From an uncultured Bacteroidia bacterium (lineage in GTDB: Bacteria > Bacteroidota > Bacteroidia > Bacteroidales > ML635J-15), in contig CACYQN010000011.1 in the NCBI GenBank assembly GCA_902776565.1, forward strand, positions 48,561 through 112,560: a stretch of 64,000 nucleotides of DNA, given 5' to 3'. A model generated the notes under the pieces. It was not told the origin of the DNA. It ran no database searches and saw only the letters and a program-made list of their open reading frames with translations. Position 1 is the first letter of the stretch, and every line of letters begins with the position of its first letter. Of this stretch, positions 44,366 through 55,098 are shown piece after piece. Both the position numbers and the translations under genes were made by a program.

Positions 44366-47002
44366 TCACTTTTTTAACAGCACAATTTTCTCTCGCGCAT
44401 CTGTACCTTCTATCCTCAAGAAATAAACACCATCAGTACAACCAGACATATCAACACTAACATCCTGATTGTCAACAATTATTTTCCTTACAATTTTTCC
44501 ACAAACATCATATATGCAAGCCCTTGTCCCAATGTACTCGGAGGGGATAAAAATATTGACAAAACCATCTGTAGGATTCGGATAAACATCAATTCTTGAT
44601 TCTAGATTAGCGATAGAATATTCGCGGTTGCCACTAAGGCACAGATTATCCAGCATTATTTGACTTATATACAAGTCTGAATTTCTTCCATTCTTAACAG
44701 CCAGCCTAATCATCACATTCTGTCCGCGAAAATCGGCAAGCGAAACCGAAACCGTATCAAATTCTGCATAATCTTCTGGCACATAATATGTATCGGCAAA
44801 TCCGCTAACCGTATAGATTCCAGGTCCGCCGTTAGCCCAGATACGATATGGGAAAGTTGCTCCACAATCGGTGCTAACCTCCACAAACAGCGAATCCCTG
44901 CTCGAATCCGAGACTCTGTTCTTGTAGGCATAAACAAAGTTCAAGAAAACAGAATCGACATCTGGCAAATTCGTCTGCGGCAAATACGCATAGTCAACAT
45001 CCTTATTCTTGATATTCTTGCTAAACCTGTAAACAAGAGCATTGCGTTCCATATTTTCACCCCACGGAAGCATTTCCCATGTTTTCAAACCATTAGGATT
45101 TTCAATCACAACTCCATATTTTGAAAAGAAACCGCCTTCGTTGAAATCTATTGCATATGGAAACTCCGATTCATAATACTTGTTAAACCTAAGCATACTA
45201 CTATTATTATAGGTATCGTATTCAACACCGTATGTCATCGAAGAAACCACCGCTCTCAACTCGTTAAGTCCGCCATGTACAGGCACTTCGGGTATTTCGT
45301 ATTCGTAGTTAACTTCAGAACCAGCATCAACATCATTCCAAGTATTGCTTGCAATAAGGCTGTCGCCAGAAAAAACCTGCAATATCACCTCACCAGCATC
45401 ATCTATACCATTATTATATAATGTTGCAAAGACTCTCGGAACGCTCTCAACACAAGTCACCGTATCATAATTAACTGGTTCGTCGCCATACGACATGCTA
45501 AGTTCCACACTAATGTCAAAATCATCAGAAACTGGCGGTATAGGAGTGTAAGTATTTGACAGATAATTGTATGCAGCCATCACATCAATCATACCCATTC
45601 CGTAGGTATTGTCCTCTCCCTCGTCGCCAAGGTCGATAGCCGAATAGTACAAAGCTTCCTTGAGTTCCCTTGCCGAAGCCATCGGAAAAGCCTCTGCCAG
45701 CAACAGCAATGCACCCGACACATGCGGACAAGCCATCGAAGTTCCCTGCAAACTATTATAACCATCTAGTCCAACACACGAGCGAACATTTACGCCAGGA
45801 GCCGAAACTTCGGGCTTTATCTTCAGCGACGATTCCTCATCGACGCAAGGCGTTGGTCCACGGCTCGAAAAACCAGCAACTTCATTGCTTGAATTTACCG
45901 CTGCCACCGACATTGGATTAACAATATTGTATGCCAGCATTGCAGGATAACCAGTTGTAGCATCATTCGGACCTTCGTTGCCAGCAGAGAACGGAGAACA
46001 AATGCCCGCAGCCTCCAAAGTTTCGACAATCGAATTTTCGGGGAGCGAACAAGCGCCAAACTCCTCCGCCATCTCGTAGTCGTAGCCCCACGAGTTGTTG
46101 ATTACACGCGGAACATCGTTGGTGGTATTTTCATCGCCATCGGGATTGAGAACCCATTGGTAAACAGAAAAGAACTGGCTGACAGTCAGCAATTCCGACG
46201 AAGTGCTAGCCACAGGGTCACAGGCTATCCACTTGGCATTGTAGGCAATACCTATTGTGTCGTGGGTGGCTCGGTCAAGTCCCATCGTTGTGCCTGTGGT
46301 GTGCGTTCCGTGGCACGACGAAGCATTGTCGCGCGGAATATCGTGACGCATTCCGTACCAGCACTGCGACTGCGGAAAATTGTTTCCTGCATAGTTGGCG
46401 CTAATAGCAGGATGTTCGGGATTTACGCCTGTATCAATACTGAGCATCAGGATATTGCGCCCTGTATAACCCAAAGCCCACATTGCAGGTGCATTTATGG
46501 CACGCACGCCCCACTCCACTCCGTTTACCGAACGCGGAGCATTTTCCTCTACCAAAGTAGTCCCGTCTTCAATCTTGTAGCGCGGAGCATTAAGGTCGAT
46601 ATAGGTAACATTATCAAAACCAGCAATCTGACCAATAACATCGCGCCTAACCTTCATATTCACGGCATTTACAATCCAGAAATCTTCCATTTCTGCTACA
46701 GCATTGGGATTTGCCTTCTTCAACGGCTCTATCTGCTTCATAAACTTTGCATACGACCTTTCGTAGTTGCGTTTCAACAAAGCCGTTACACCCTTTACGC
46801 GAGTATCGAAGTCAGCGTGATAATTGTCGAACTGCACCGCTAAATCCGAAACAGATTCGGCGTTCTCGAAAAATATGTTCACATCAAGATACTCCGTCTT
46901 TCCGTCCTTAATCGCATCCGACAAGGCAGGACTTACAACAAACTGTGCAAACGACAGCATCGATGCGAAAATTAAAATTACCAGTATAAATGATTTCTTC
47001 AT
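44366..47002 (-). CDS. S8 (subtilisin-family) serine peptidase with T9SS C-terminal sorting domain
   Basis: Catalytic triad blocks SIDTGV (Asp), HGTHTTGT (His) and GTSMACPHVSG (Ser). The C-terminus has the VYPNPT...GVYFLRIEG...KIVLLKK Por-secretion tail. Confidence 0.9.
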   Translation of the reverse strand: MKKSFILVILIFASMLSFAQFVVSPALSDAIKDGKTEYLDVNIFFENAESVSDLAVQFDNYHADFDTRVKGVTALLKRNYERSYAKFMKQIEPLKKANPNAVAEMEDFWIVNAVNMKVRRDVIGQIAGFDNVTYIDLNAPRYKIEDGTTLVEENAPRSVNGVEWGVRAINAPAMWALGYTGRNILMLSIDTGVNPEHPAISANYAGNNFPQSQCWYGMRHDIPRDNASSCHGTHTTGTTMGLDRATHDTIGIAYNAKWIACDPVASTSSELLTVSQFFSVYQWVLNPDGDENTTNDVPRVINNSWGYDYEMAEEFGACSLPENSIVETLEAAGICSPFSAGNEGPNDATTGYPAMLAYNIVNPMSVAAVNSSNEVAGFSSRGPTPCVDEESSLKIKPEVSAPGVNVRSCVGLDGYNSLQGTSMACPHVSGALLLLAEAFPMASARELKEALYYSAIDLGDEGEDNTYGMGMIDVMAAYNYLSNTYTPIPPVSDDFDISVELSMSYGDEPVNYDTVTCVESVPRVFATLYNNGIDDAGEVILQVFSGDSLIASNTWNDVDAGSEVNYEYEIPEVPVHGGLNELRAVVSSMTYGVEYDTYNNSSMLRFNKYYESEFPYAIDFNEGGFFSKYGVVIENPNGLKTWEMLPWGENMERNALVYRFSKNIKNKDVDYAYLPQTNLPDVDSVFLNFVYAYKNRVSDSSRDSLFVEVSTDCGATFPYRIWANGGPGIYTVSGFADTYYVPEDYAEFDTVSVSLADFRGQNVMIRLAVKNGRNSDLYISQIMLDNLCLSGNREYSIANLESRIDVYPNPTDGFVNIFIPSEYIGTRACIYDVCGKIVRKIIVDNQDVSVDMSGCTDGVYFLRIEGTDAREKIVLLKK

Positions 47003-47022
47003 AACTTATTATTTATCTTATT

Positions 47023-48312
47023 TTACAAAATTTCTGCCTTAACAACATCTTCTTCAATCATTTCCGCCAACCTCACCTGACAAATTCTATTCACAAGACC
47101 CTTATCGTACGGCACTGCTACCCTTATATAATTATCGGTATAGCCGAACATCAGACCACCCTTCTTTGCCGACTCGAAAAGCACACTCCGCACCGAACCG
47201 AGATTCTTTTCTACAAACTTACGATGCTTGCGCTCGCAAACCGACTTGATGACATCGGCTCTTTCCTGCTTCTGCCTGGCCGTCACGCGCGGAGTAAACT
47301 TCAACGCCCTCGTGCCTTCCCTTTCGGAATACTGGAACTGGTGAATGAACGAAATATCCAATGAATCAACGAATTTCAGAGTTTCTTCAAACATTTCGGG
47401 AGTTTCTCCGTTCACGCCGACTATCAAATCTATTCCAATGAAAGCATCGGGAATAAGCTTCTTCACAAGTTCAATCTTGTGGCGATACAATGCTGTATCG
47501 TAGCGACGACCAATAAGTTTCAGCAGTTCGTCACACCCCGACTGCAACGGAATGTGGAAATGCGGCATCATCTTCGGTTCCGATGCCACAAACTCAATGA
47601 TTTCGTCGGTTAGCAGGTCGGGTTCAATGCTGCCGATACGGAAACGCTCGATGCCATCCACCGCAGACAAAGCCTTCAATAGTTGCAGAAAGTTTTCACC
47701 GGTAGTCTTACCAAAATCTCCAATATTCACACCCGAAATTATTACCTCCTTCATTCCGTCCTGCGCAAGCGACTTCACCTGCTCCACACAAGTTGCAATC
47801 GACTGGTTACGACTGCGTCCGCGAGCATACGGAATCGTGCAGTAGGCGCAAAAATAGTCGCAGCCGTCCTGCACCTTCAGGAAAGCGCGTGTGCGGTCAC
47901 CCTTGGAAAAGGCGGGGACAAAGGTTTTCATATCGTTGTGAGGCGTAGTACTAACAGCAACATCCTGCGAATTTTCAGCATTGTCGATTATCCGCTCAAT
48001 TTCGGCCTTGTTGTTAACGCCGAACACATATTTCACGCCTGGAAGCGATGCAACCTCATCGGGCTTAAGTTGTGCATAACAGCCTGTTACAATTATAATT
48101 GCATCGGGATTCAGCGAATGGGCACGAGCCACGGCATTGCGTCCCTTGCGGTTGGCGTTTGAGGTCACCGAACACGAGTTCAGCACATAAAAGTCCGCCT
48201 TCTGCGAAAACGGCACTATGGTAAAGCCACGCTCAATGAAGTATCGCGAGATTGTTGAGGTCTCGGCGAAATTCAGACGGCAGCCAAGGGTACAGAAGGC
48301 AACGGTTTTCAC
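47023..48312 (-). CDS. mtaB: tRNA methylthiotransferase, MtaB-like radical SAM enzyme
   Basis: 429 aa. UPF0004 N-domain (FCTLGCRLNFAE). Radical SAM motif CDYFCAYCTIP. Confidence 0.75.
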   Translation of the reverse strand: MKTVAFCTLGCRLNFAETSTISRYFIERGFTIVPFSQKADFYVLNSCSVTSNANRKGRNAVARAHSLNPDAIIIVTGCYAQLKPDEVASLPGVKYVFGVNNKAEIERIIDNAENSQDVAVSTTPHNDMKTFVPAFSKGDRTRAFLKVQDGCDYFCAYCTIPYARGRSRNQSIATCVEQVKSLAQDGMKEVIISGVNIGDFGKTTGENFLQLLKALSAVDGIERFRIGSIEPDLLTDEIIEFVASEPKMMPHFHIPLQSGCDELLKLIGRRYDTALYRHKIELVKKLIPDAFIGIDLIVGVNGETPEMFEETLKFVDSLDISFIHQFQYSEREGTRALKFTPRVTARQKQERADVIKSVCERKHRKFVEKNLGSVRSVLFESAKKGGLMFGYTDNYIRVAVPYDKGLVNRICQVRLAEMIEEDVVKAEIL

Positions 48313-48366
48313 GGGATTTACGATTTTCTGTAGTAGCGGCGCAATGCATTGCGCCGCTACAAATCA

Positions 48367-49248
48367 TTATTTTTTCAACCTAATAATATCGTCTGCAATC
48401 CTTGCATACAAATCGTCGCTGACATTTACCAACGGCAGACGCAAGACATTCTGCATTATACCCATCTGAGCAAGATATGCCTTTACACCAGCAGGATTGC
48501 CTTCGGCAAACATCATCCTTACGGTACGCAAATACTTGTAATGGATAGCTCGTGCAGAATCGAAGTCGCCATTGAGGGCAGCCTTTACCATTGCCGACCA
48601 GTCGCGAGGAAACGCATTGGCAATCACCGAAATCACGCCCTTAACGCCAGCGGAAATCAGAGGAAGCGTCAAACCGTCGTCGCCCGAAATTACAGTAAAG
48701 CGTTCGGGCTTGTTCTCCACAACGCGCATAATCTGGTCAACCGAACCCGAAGCCTCCTTCACAGCAACGATGTTGTCGAAGTCGCAAGCAAGACGGCAGA
48801 TAGTTTCGGGCGAAATGTTAACGCCAGTCCTACCCGGTATATTGTACAGAATCACAGGCACAGGCGAAACTTCGGCAACATGAGCAAAATGAGCGTACAA
48901 ACCATTCTGCACAGGCTTGTTGTAGAACGGAGATGCTGTCAGAAGTCCGTCGATTCCACTGAAATCGAAATTGCGGATGCTATCAAGCAGGTCGGCGGTG
49001 TTATTTCCACTCATTCCAACCATAATCGGCACACGACCAGCAATTTCCTTCTTTGCAAAGTCAATCACCTGACGGCGTTCGGCAGCCGACAGACAAGGCG
49101 TTTCGCCAGTAGTTCCCATCACCAGCACATAATCGACTCCACCATCAATAACATGAGCCAGCAGTCGCGAAAATGCCACATAGTCAACATTTCCGTTAAT
49201 ATCAAAAGGCGTAACCAACGCCACTCCTGTTCCAATAAACTTATTCAT
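48367..49248 (-). CDS. dapA: 4-hydroxy-tetrahydrodipicolinate synthase
   Basis: 293 aa. GTGVALVTPF and MGTTGE blocks and the YNIPGRTG block. Confidence 0.9.
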   Translation of the reverse strand: MNKFIGTGVALVTPFDINGNVDYVAFSRLLAHVIDGGVDYVLVMGTTGETPCLSAAERRQVIDFAKKEIAGRVPIMVGMSGNNTADLLDSIRNFDFSGIDGLLTASPFYNKPVQNGLYAHFAHVAEVSPVPVILYNIPGRTGVNISPETICRLACDFDNIVAVKEASGSVDQIMRVVENKPERFTVISGDDGLTLPLISAGVKGVISVIANAFPRDWSAMVKAALNGDFDSARAIHYKYLRTVRMMFAEGNPAGVKAYLAQMGIMQNVLRLPLVNVSDDLYARIADDIIRLKK

Positions 49249-49792
49249 ATCTAATATTCTCCAAATAGTGCAATATCTGTTTTACAAGTTCCTCAACACT
49301 TGAATTTTCCTCGTTGAGGCTAATCATCACATCAAGCAAATCGGAATTCGTTTCCGAATAAAATCCAACTTTAAAACCTGCTTTTGACTTAATCTTCACA
49401 TAATTAATCGGAATTTTGTCTTCCATATCAAGGCATATAAGAATGTCGAAATCGGTGTCGCAAAATTCTGCAATAGACTCTTCCTTCGGAAAGCCAAGCC
49501 AATCGAGGTCATTTTTGCAGAAAAACGAAAATTCGAGCGGCTGCAAATGGAAATCAGAAAGCTCCTTGCTATCAACAAATCCAAGAGCCTTAACGAAGGA
49601 TATATGCTTCTGCAAAATGAAAAGCAACTTCCGAGCAATTTCAAACTGAGCCTCATCGGTTGCATCGTGCAGAATACCGACCTTATTTGCCGACTCCAAG
49701 CCACAAGCACGGACACAGCGAGGTTCAACACCCCGTGCCTTCAACAACTTGCGTCTTGCAAGACCCGACTTTATTCCGTCAAACATAGGCAC
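49241..49792 (-). CDS. conserved hypothetical protein upstream of dapA
   Basis: 183 aa. Overlaps the dapA start by 8 nt. No motif recognised. Confidence 0.45.
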   Translation of the reverse strand: MPMFDGIKSGLARRKLLKARGVEPRCVRACGLESANKVGILHDATDEAQFEIARKLLFILQKHISFVKALGFVDSKELSDFHLQPLEFSFFCKNDLDWLGFPKEESIAEFCDTDFDILICLDMEDKIPINYVKIKSKAGFKVGFYSETNSDLLDVMISLNEENSSVEELVKQILHYLENIRYE

Positions 49793-49965
49793 AAAGATAC
49801 AAATTTATTTTAGATTGACGAGGTACGATTTGGGATTTTAATTGACAATGGACAATTGGGCTGAAAGGCGAAAAGCCACTTCCAAACGGCGAAGCCATTC
49901 AAACTTTCAAACGGCGTCAGCCATTCAAACCCATAAACATTTGAACATTGAACCATTGAATCATA

Positions 49966-49995
49966 GCAAAAAAACAGGCGGGAACGAATCCCGCC
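49966..49995 (-). terminator. rho-independent terminator
   Basis: Stem ggcggga/tcccgcc (49976-49994). The A-run at 49967-49973 gives a T-run on the minus strand. Lies downstream of the stop at 50038. Confidence 0.6.
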
Positions 49996-50037
49996 CGCCA
50001 ACAAAATATATAAAAGGAAAACAGAAGATTTCTAATT

Positions 50038-50631
50038 TCAGCCTAACCTGCCTTGTCGATACTGGATTACCAGAATCTCAAGCGCCTTGTCGGAAATATC
50101 CGAATCGTACGACTTCTTTAGGTCGTTGCCAAACATACATGCAAACAACTGGCATGTCCCTGCAAAAAATCCACCTTTCAAAGTCTTGATGACCTCGTAT
50201 GCCGTACTGCCACATTCACGGTCAAGCAACTTCACAAACATTTTCGCCTGCGACAAGGTAAACTTGCTCATAATCGGCTTATAGTGAGCCATTATCTGGT
50301 CTTCACGCATATTCATGTACTGACGGCGCTGGCGTTCTGAATCCATACGGGCAAGGCTGTCGTCAATCTGACGATATATTGCCGAAACCTCTAAGACATA
50401 CGGATAAACCTTCTTGAAATTTCTTACCGTCTTGTCATACTTCTTAGCCGCCCTTGCTGCTTTGCGCTTGTTGGAATAAACCTTAACCTCGGGCAAAAGA
50501 ATAAGATTCTCGGTGGCGGATATCAAACTATCGACATTTATTTCAGAATAATACGGCATATCTTTCTGAGCAAACGCCACTTCCGACAAGCAGAAGAAAG
50601 CAACCAATATTGTTAGAAATAACCTTTTCAT
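50038..50631 (-). CDS. secreted hypothetical protein (resembles DUF4294)
   Basis: Signal peptide. The family guess is from recollection only. Confidence 0.4.
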   Translation of the reverse strand: MKRLFLTILVAFFCLSEVAFAQKDMPYYSEINVDSLISATENLILLPEVKVYSNKRKAARAAKKYDKTVRNFKKVYPYVLEVSAIYRQIDDSLARMDSERQRRQYMNMREDQIMAHYKPIMSKFTLSQAKMFVKLLDRECGSTAYEVIKTLKGGFFAGTCQLFACMFGNDLKKSYDSDISDKALEILVIQYRQGRLG

Positions 50632-50720
50632 CTCTGTAAATTTTTAATCCGAAAATCCAGTTTGGCAAAATCCGTTCCAAAATATGCCCAATAACATTTA
50701 TTTAACATTTAGCACTACAA

Positions 50721-52085
50721 CTAAGTCTTATGTATCAACAACTTAACCAATTTATGCGACATCAAGATTGTTATTACCGTCGATAGCAAATCGGAGATTG
50801 GAAAGGCGTACCAAATGGCATCATCGCCCCAAAAAGCAGTACAATAGCGGGGCAAAATTATAACTAAAGGTATAAGAAAAATCATCTGACGGGCAATCGA
50901 AAGGAAAAATGCCGGCTTTGCCTTGCCCAATGCCTGAAACAAGCCCGCCCCTATCACCTGACAGCCCACAACGGGAATTGCAAGCACGAAAATTCGCAGT
51001 CCCCTCGCCCCTATCTCTACAAGTTCCTCATCGTCGCTGAACATAAAGAGCAACTGGTGCGGAATCAACTCGAACAGCACAAAACCGACAATGCATATTA
51101 CCGTCGAAAATATTATGCCAGCCTTCAATGCGCCAATCACACGACCATACTTTTCGGCTCCGTAGTTGTAGCCTGCAATAGGCATAAATCCTTGATTGAC
51201 ACCAAATATCGGCATAAACACGAACATCGTCAGACGGTTTATGATGCCGTAGGCGGCAATAGCCATCGAACCGCCCACTCCGCCAAGCACATTGTTAAGC
51301 ACAATGGATGTCGATGAGTGCGCCAGCTGCCTTCCGAACGATGCCGAACCAAGAGCCAAAGTCTCGCCCAGAACCTTGGGCTTCGGCAACCTGAAACAAT
51401 CGCGGTACGACAGCGACAGAACCCTCTTCTTGCTTCGGCGGAAATACCACAGACCGAGAACCGCACTCACAATCTGCGAAATAGAAGTTGCAACGGCCGC
51501 ACCCTTCACGCCCCAGCCGAAAATAAAGATGAATATCGGGTCGAGCACAAGGTTTATAACCGCCGTCAGAACCTGACACCACATAGCAAACTTGGTATTT
51601 CCCTCGGCACGGATGACGTTGATAAAGACGAAAAAAATGTTCATCGCAAAACTTCCGGGCAGACACCACACGGCATATTCCATCGAATACGGCAAAATGG
51701 AATCGTCGGCACCGAAAAGCCTCAGCAGGTCGGGCAGAAACGCGATTACCAAGCCGAAAAGCAGGACATTGAGGCATAGAATCATAAACACAAGGTTGTG
51801 AAGCACAAGTTCGGCAAGTTCGCGGTTTCTTGCACCAAGCGCACGCGAAATTATTGATGCTCCGCCAAGTCCTACCGCTTGTCCAAAGGTATTGTTTATC
51901 ATAAGCATAAGCGGCAAGGTAACCGACAATCCGGCTATTGCGCCAACGCCCACGGCCTGTCCCACAAAAATAGTATCGGCAACATTATATATGGTAATGG
52001 CGAGCATCCCCAGCACCGAGGGCAACGACAACCGCAAAAGCAAGGTGCTTATGCGTTCAACTCCTAATCGTTCGGCATTATCCAT
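50721..52085 (-). CDS. MATE-family efflux transporter
   Basis: 454 aa, ~12 TM segments. The N-terminal block LRLSLPSVLGML is typical of MATE proteins. Confidence 0.8.
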   Translation of the reverse strand: MDNAERLGVERISTLLLRLSLPSVLGMLAITIYNVADTIFVGQAVGVGAIAGLSVTLPLMLMINNTFGQAVGLGGASIISRALGARNRELAELVLHNLVFMILCLNVLLFGLVIAFLPDLLRLFGADDSILPYSMEYAVWCLPGSFAMNIFFVFINVIRAEGNTKFAMWCQVLTAVINLVLDPIFIFIFGWGVKGAAVATSISQIVSAVLGLWYFRRSKKRVLSLSYRDCFRLPKPKVLGETLALGSASFGRQLAHSSTSIVLNNVLGGVGGSMAIAAYGIINRLTMFVFMPIFGVNQGFMPIAGYNYGAEKYGRVIGALKAGIIFSTVICIVGFVLFELIPHQLLFMFSDDEELVEIGARGLRIFVLAIPVVGCQVIGAGLFQALGKAKPAFFLSIARQMIFLIPLVIILPRYCTAFWGDDAIWYAFPISDLLSTVITILMSHKLVKLLIHKT

Positions 52086-52195
52086 ACAAAATGCAAAAGT
52101 AAGTATTTTTCTGACACCATAATTCGTGAGAATTCATTTAAATGAAAAAAAGCCCGACAATCGCCGAACTTTTAGGATATGTCCAAAATTAAATT

Positions 52196-53890
52196 TTACT
52201 TCTTATAACTATAAACAATTGATACCTCTCCATTGTCATTCAACACATATCTTGAATTTTCATTGGGACCAGCAATCTGTGGCAAAAGTTTATCTTCAAT
52301 GTCAAGTGCCTGATAAATTGTATCCAGTATTACCATACCATCATTTACTACTGTTATTCTTGGATTTAAAACTAATCCAGTTTTTGCAACGGTTTTCATA
52401 ATACCAGTAGAATCCTTGGCAACTTTGTTGAAATACGAAAGTCCTGTTGTCTCAATGTACGAATCTAGATGTTCTGGATTGTAGGCGGAGAGAATTATGT
52501 ACAATGGGACTTTGTTTAGAACTTCCTTGTTTGCCAGCAATGTGCCTAATGCCCCTTTTTCACAACCCTGACAGCCACAGTTGCAATATATTGTCAGAAT
52601 CTTGTAGCTGGACTCCTTTATGTCCATCTGCGACTTTACAAACTTGATTGGTGGACAACCGTCAAGCAAAACATTCTTTTTGTCATCTATATTTTGCTTC
52701 ATGCTCTGCAATACATTTTTACAAGAATCAATGTATTTGGCATAATCGTAATTGTTTTTTACTAATTTAAGATAATATGCAGTGACAGTTGAATCATCTG
52801 TTTTTCGTATATTGAGTGCCAAATTCTTGTTGGTTTCAGACGGATAGTACTCGTATTCAAATTTTTCTCCTATATACTGGAAGTCCTTGTCGGCAAACAA
52901 TATCGCCCATTTGGTTTTTCCATATATATTATCATTAAAGAATATAGTACTTATATATACCTGATTACATTCGTCATATTTTACAGGTCCATAATAACAT
53001 GGCATTTCATGCCCATATTCGGCTGGATGTGGAAGCGGCATTATTGTGTCGATTAAAGCTGACTTGAAACAATGTTCTATGATACTATCGTGATTGAAAT
53101 CCCATTCAAATGCAGACGATGAATACCGATACCTGAATACAGGCAAATCGTTTGCCGATTTTGTCACCAAAAGCGAACAGTAAGTAGGATAATGCATACC
53201 TTCCTTTATGTCTGCATATTTCCTATGCTTTGAAACATGGTATTTGTTTTCCTTTGTATCCATACGGATTCCAATAGGAAGCGGATTCTCTACTGACTCT
53301 TTTGTTCCCAACAAACCGTATGACCTAAAATAGGTTTCACACGGAATTATATTGCCTTGACAAAAGACAAAATCGTTATTATCAGGAGCAACAAGTTTAT
53401 CTACATCATATTTATATCTATTCAATTCATCCTGATCGACTTCGTATCCATATATTTTCTTCACATTGCCGTCCCAGTCGATAAGGCGCAGTGCCTGCGG
53501 TGTCGCAAGTTCTATTTCGTGGCGAAAGTTTGAACAGCCAATAAAAATGCTATCCTTTCCTACAAAATGAAAGCATTTCATCTTGCCTAAAGAATCAACA
53601 AGTATTTCGTGTACTTTTTCACCGCTTTCAAGGTCATAGAAAGATAAAGAGTTGCCACCAATATTCAAAATAACGACATTCTTTCCGTCCATATCAACCA
53701 ACTGCTTGCGGCTCAGAATCGTTTTGCCTCTGTCCTCTTCAGCAAGAATAATGTCCTTTGCATTATATACCTCATAATCGTAAACAAACTTTTCTTTTGT
53801 TTCGACATTATCCTTAAATTGTTGAGTATTATCATTACACGAAAAAAGCGCAAACGATAATATGATTAGTAATAATAATTTTCTATTCAT
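52196..53890 (-). CDS. hypothetical lipoprotein with C-terminal thioredoxin-fold-like region
   Basis: Lipobox LFSC. AT-rich. The C-terminal ~130 aa has a redoxin-like pattern with TIYCNCGCQGCEKG (CQGC). Confidence 0.4.
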   Translation of the reverse strand: MNRKLLLLIILSFALFSCNDNTQQFKDNVETKEKFVYDYEVYNAKDIILAEEDRGKTILSRKQLVDMDGKNVVILNIGGNSLSFYDLESGEKVHEILVDSLGKMKCFHFVGKDSIFIGCSNFRHEIELATPQALRLIDWDGNVKKIYGYEVDQDELNRYKYDVDKLVAPDNNDFVFCQGNIIPCETYFRSYGLLGTKESVENPLPIGIRMDTKENKYHVSKHRKYADIKEGMHYPTYCSLLVTKSANDLPVFRYRYSSSAFEWDFNHDSIIEHCFKSALIDTIMPLPHPAEYGHEMPCYYGPVKYDECNQVYISTIFFNDNIYGKTKWAILFADKDFQYIGEKFEYEYYPSETNKNLALNIRKTDDSTVTAYYLKLVKNNYDYAKYIDSCKNVLQSMKQNIDDKKNVLLDGCPPIKFVKSQMDIKESSYKILTIYCNCGCQGCEKGALGTLLANKEVLNKVPLYIILSAYNPEHLDSYIETTGLSYFNKVAKDSTGIMKTVAKTGLVLNPRITVVNDGMVILDTIYQALDIEDKLLPQIAGPNENSRYVLNDNGEVSIVYSYKK

Positions 53891-54360
53891 GGCTCTCTGA
53901 AAATTTGATTTTATTACACATGAAAAAATTCATTCAAATATAGACATTTTTTTAACACAAATGTACTTCTTCTAAAAATATTTACATAATCACAACAGAA
54001 TGTTGATTGTCAGCACCTTGTACTAGTATTTATATATTTTTACAAAAAATCGACCTTTTAAATACAGCAAACAATACTTATTATATATACACAACCAAAG
54101 ATTATACATTAGTTATTTTAGCAAAACACAAAAACATCAAAACAACAAGAAAAAGACTTCAAATTTACATCAATAACAGCAAGTTTTCAGCATCTTTTGA
54201 TATTTTACTCTTCGCAAATCGTACTTCGCAACCTTTAGATTGGCTTAGCAAACCTTTAGTTCAACGAAGTTAAATCATGAAATCCCAGTATCGGTCTTGC
54301 GAAATTTTTTATTTTGTAATAAATATCCTATTTTGTATTTTTGTCAGCGAATTATTAAAT

Positions 54361-54960
54361 ATGGATATGTCGAACTCAAATTCTTCTGCGATTTCAAATG
54401 GACTCCGATATTTGGAGGACAGAGGATGGACGGAACTTATTGATTCCAGATGGACGATTGATGTGCGAGAAGAATTGGAACGGTCTGGTCTTGGATTAGC
54501 GGAAAATGAAATTATTGAAATTTGTAATATTGCCATCGTACCTAAACCTGATTGGAATACCAAAGAGCGTTTGGGTATTACAAATTGGCCTACACGACAA
54601 GACCAAATCAACACATCCATTAAATACAATGCTTTTTCGGAACATACACTTCAACTGATAGACAACTACATAAACGAAATACTCAATGGAAGAACAAATA
54701 TTGATAGATTCAATTTACCGGAGCATGCAGGACTCTGCACGGCAGGTGCGCCGCTCATTGGGGCGTACATCGTATGCAACTACGCTCGAAGAAGCCTTGA
54801 GCCAAGTCGAAATGCTACAGAAAGCCAAGCAAGCAGCCCAGCAAACTGGGATATAGATGCCAAGCAAGAAGAGTTAGTACAACAATGGGCTGAAGCAAAA
54901 CGACTATGGTTTCCACATGCCGAACAATTAATTACCAATACCTGCCAATGTTTTTGTTGA
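54361..54960 (+). CDS. hypothetical protein
   Basis: Start chosen at MDMSNSNSS. No signal peptide and no recognised motif. Confidence 0.35.
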   Translation: MDMSNSNSSAISNGLRYLEDRGWTELIDSRWTIDVREELERSGLGLAENEIIEICNIAIVPKPDWNTKERLGITNWPTRQDQINTSIKYNAFSEHTLQLIDNYINEILNGRTNIDRFNLPEHAGLCTAGAPLIGAYIVCNYARRSLEPSRNATESQASSPANWDIDAKQEELVQQWAEAKRLWFPHAEQLITNTCQCFC

Positions 54961-55098
54961 CATACTCACAAACAAACCAACTTGCATTGATTGCATAGTA
55001 AAGTTTATCAATAAATAGTCCTCTTTTACATAATTAGTCTGACAGACGAAAGAAGGCAATGCTAATTATAAGTATTTTGCTGATGTTTTCGCACGAAA

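Noticed and set aside
48349-49254. 301-aa plus-strand ORF opposite dapA
   Set aside because: Shadow ORF of dapA. It is His/Arg/Ser-rich with no recognisable domain.
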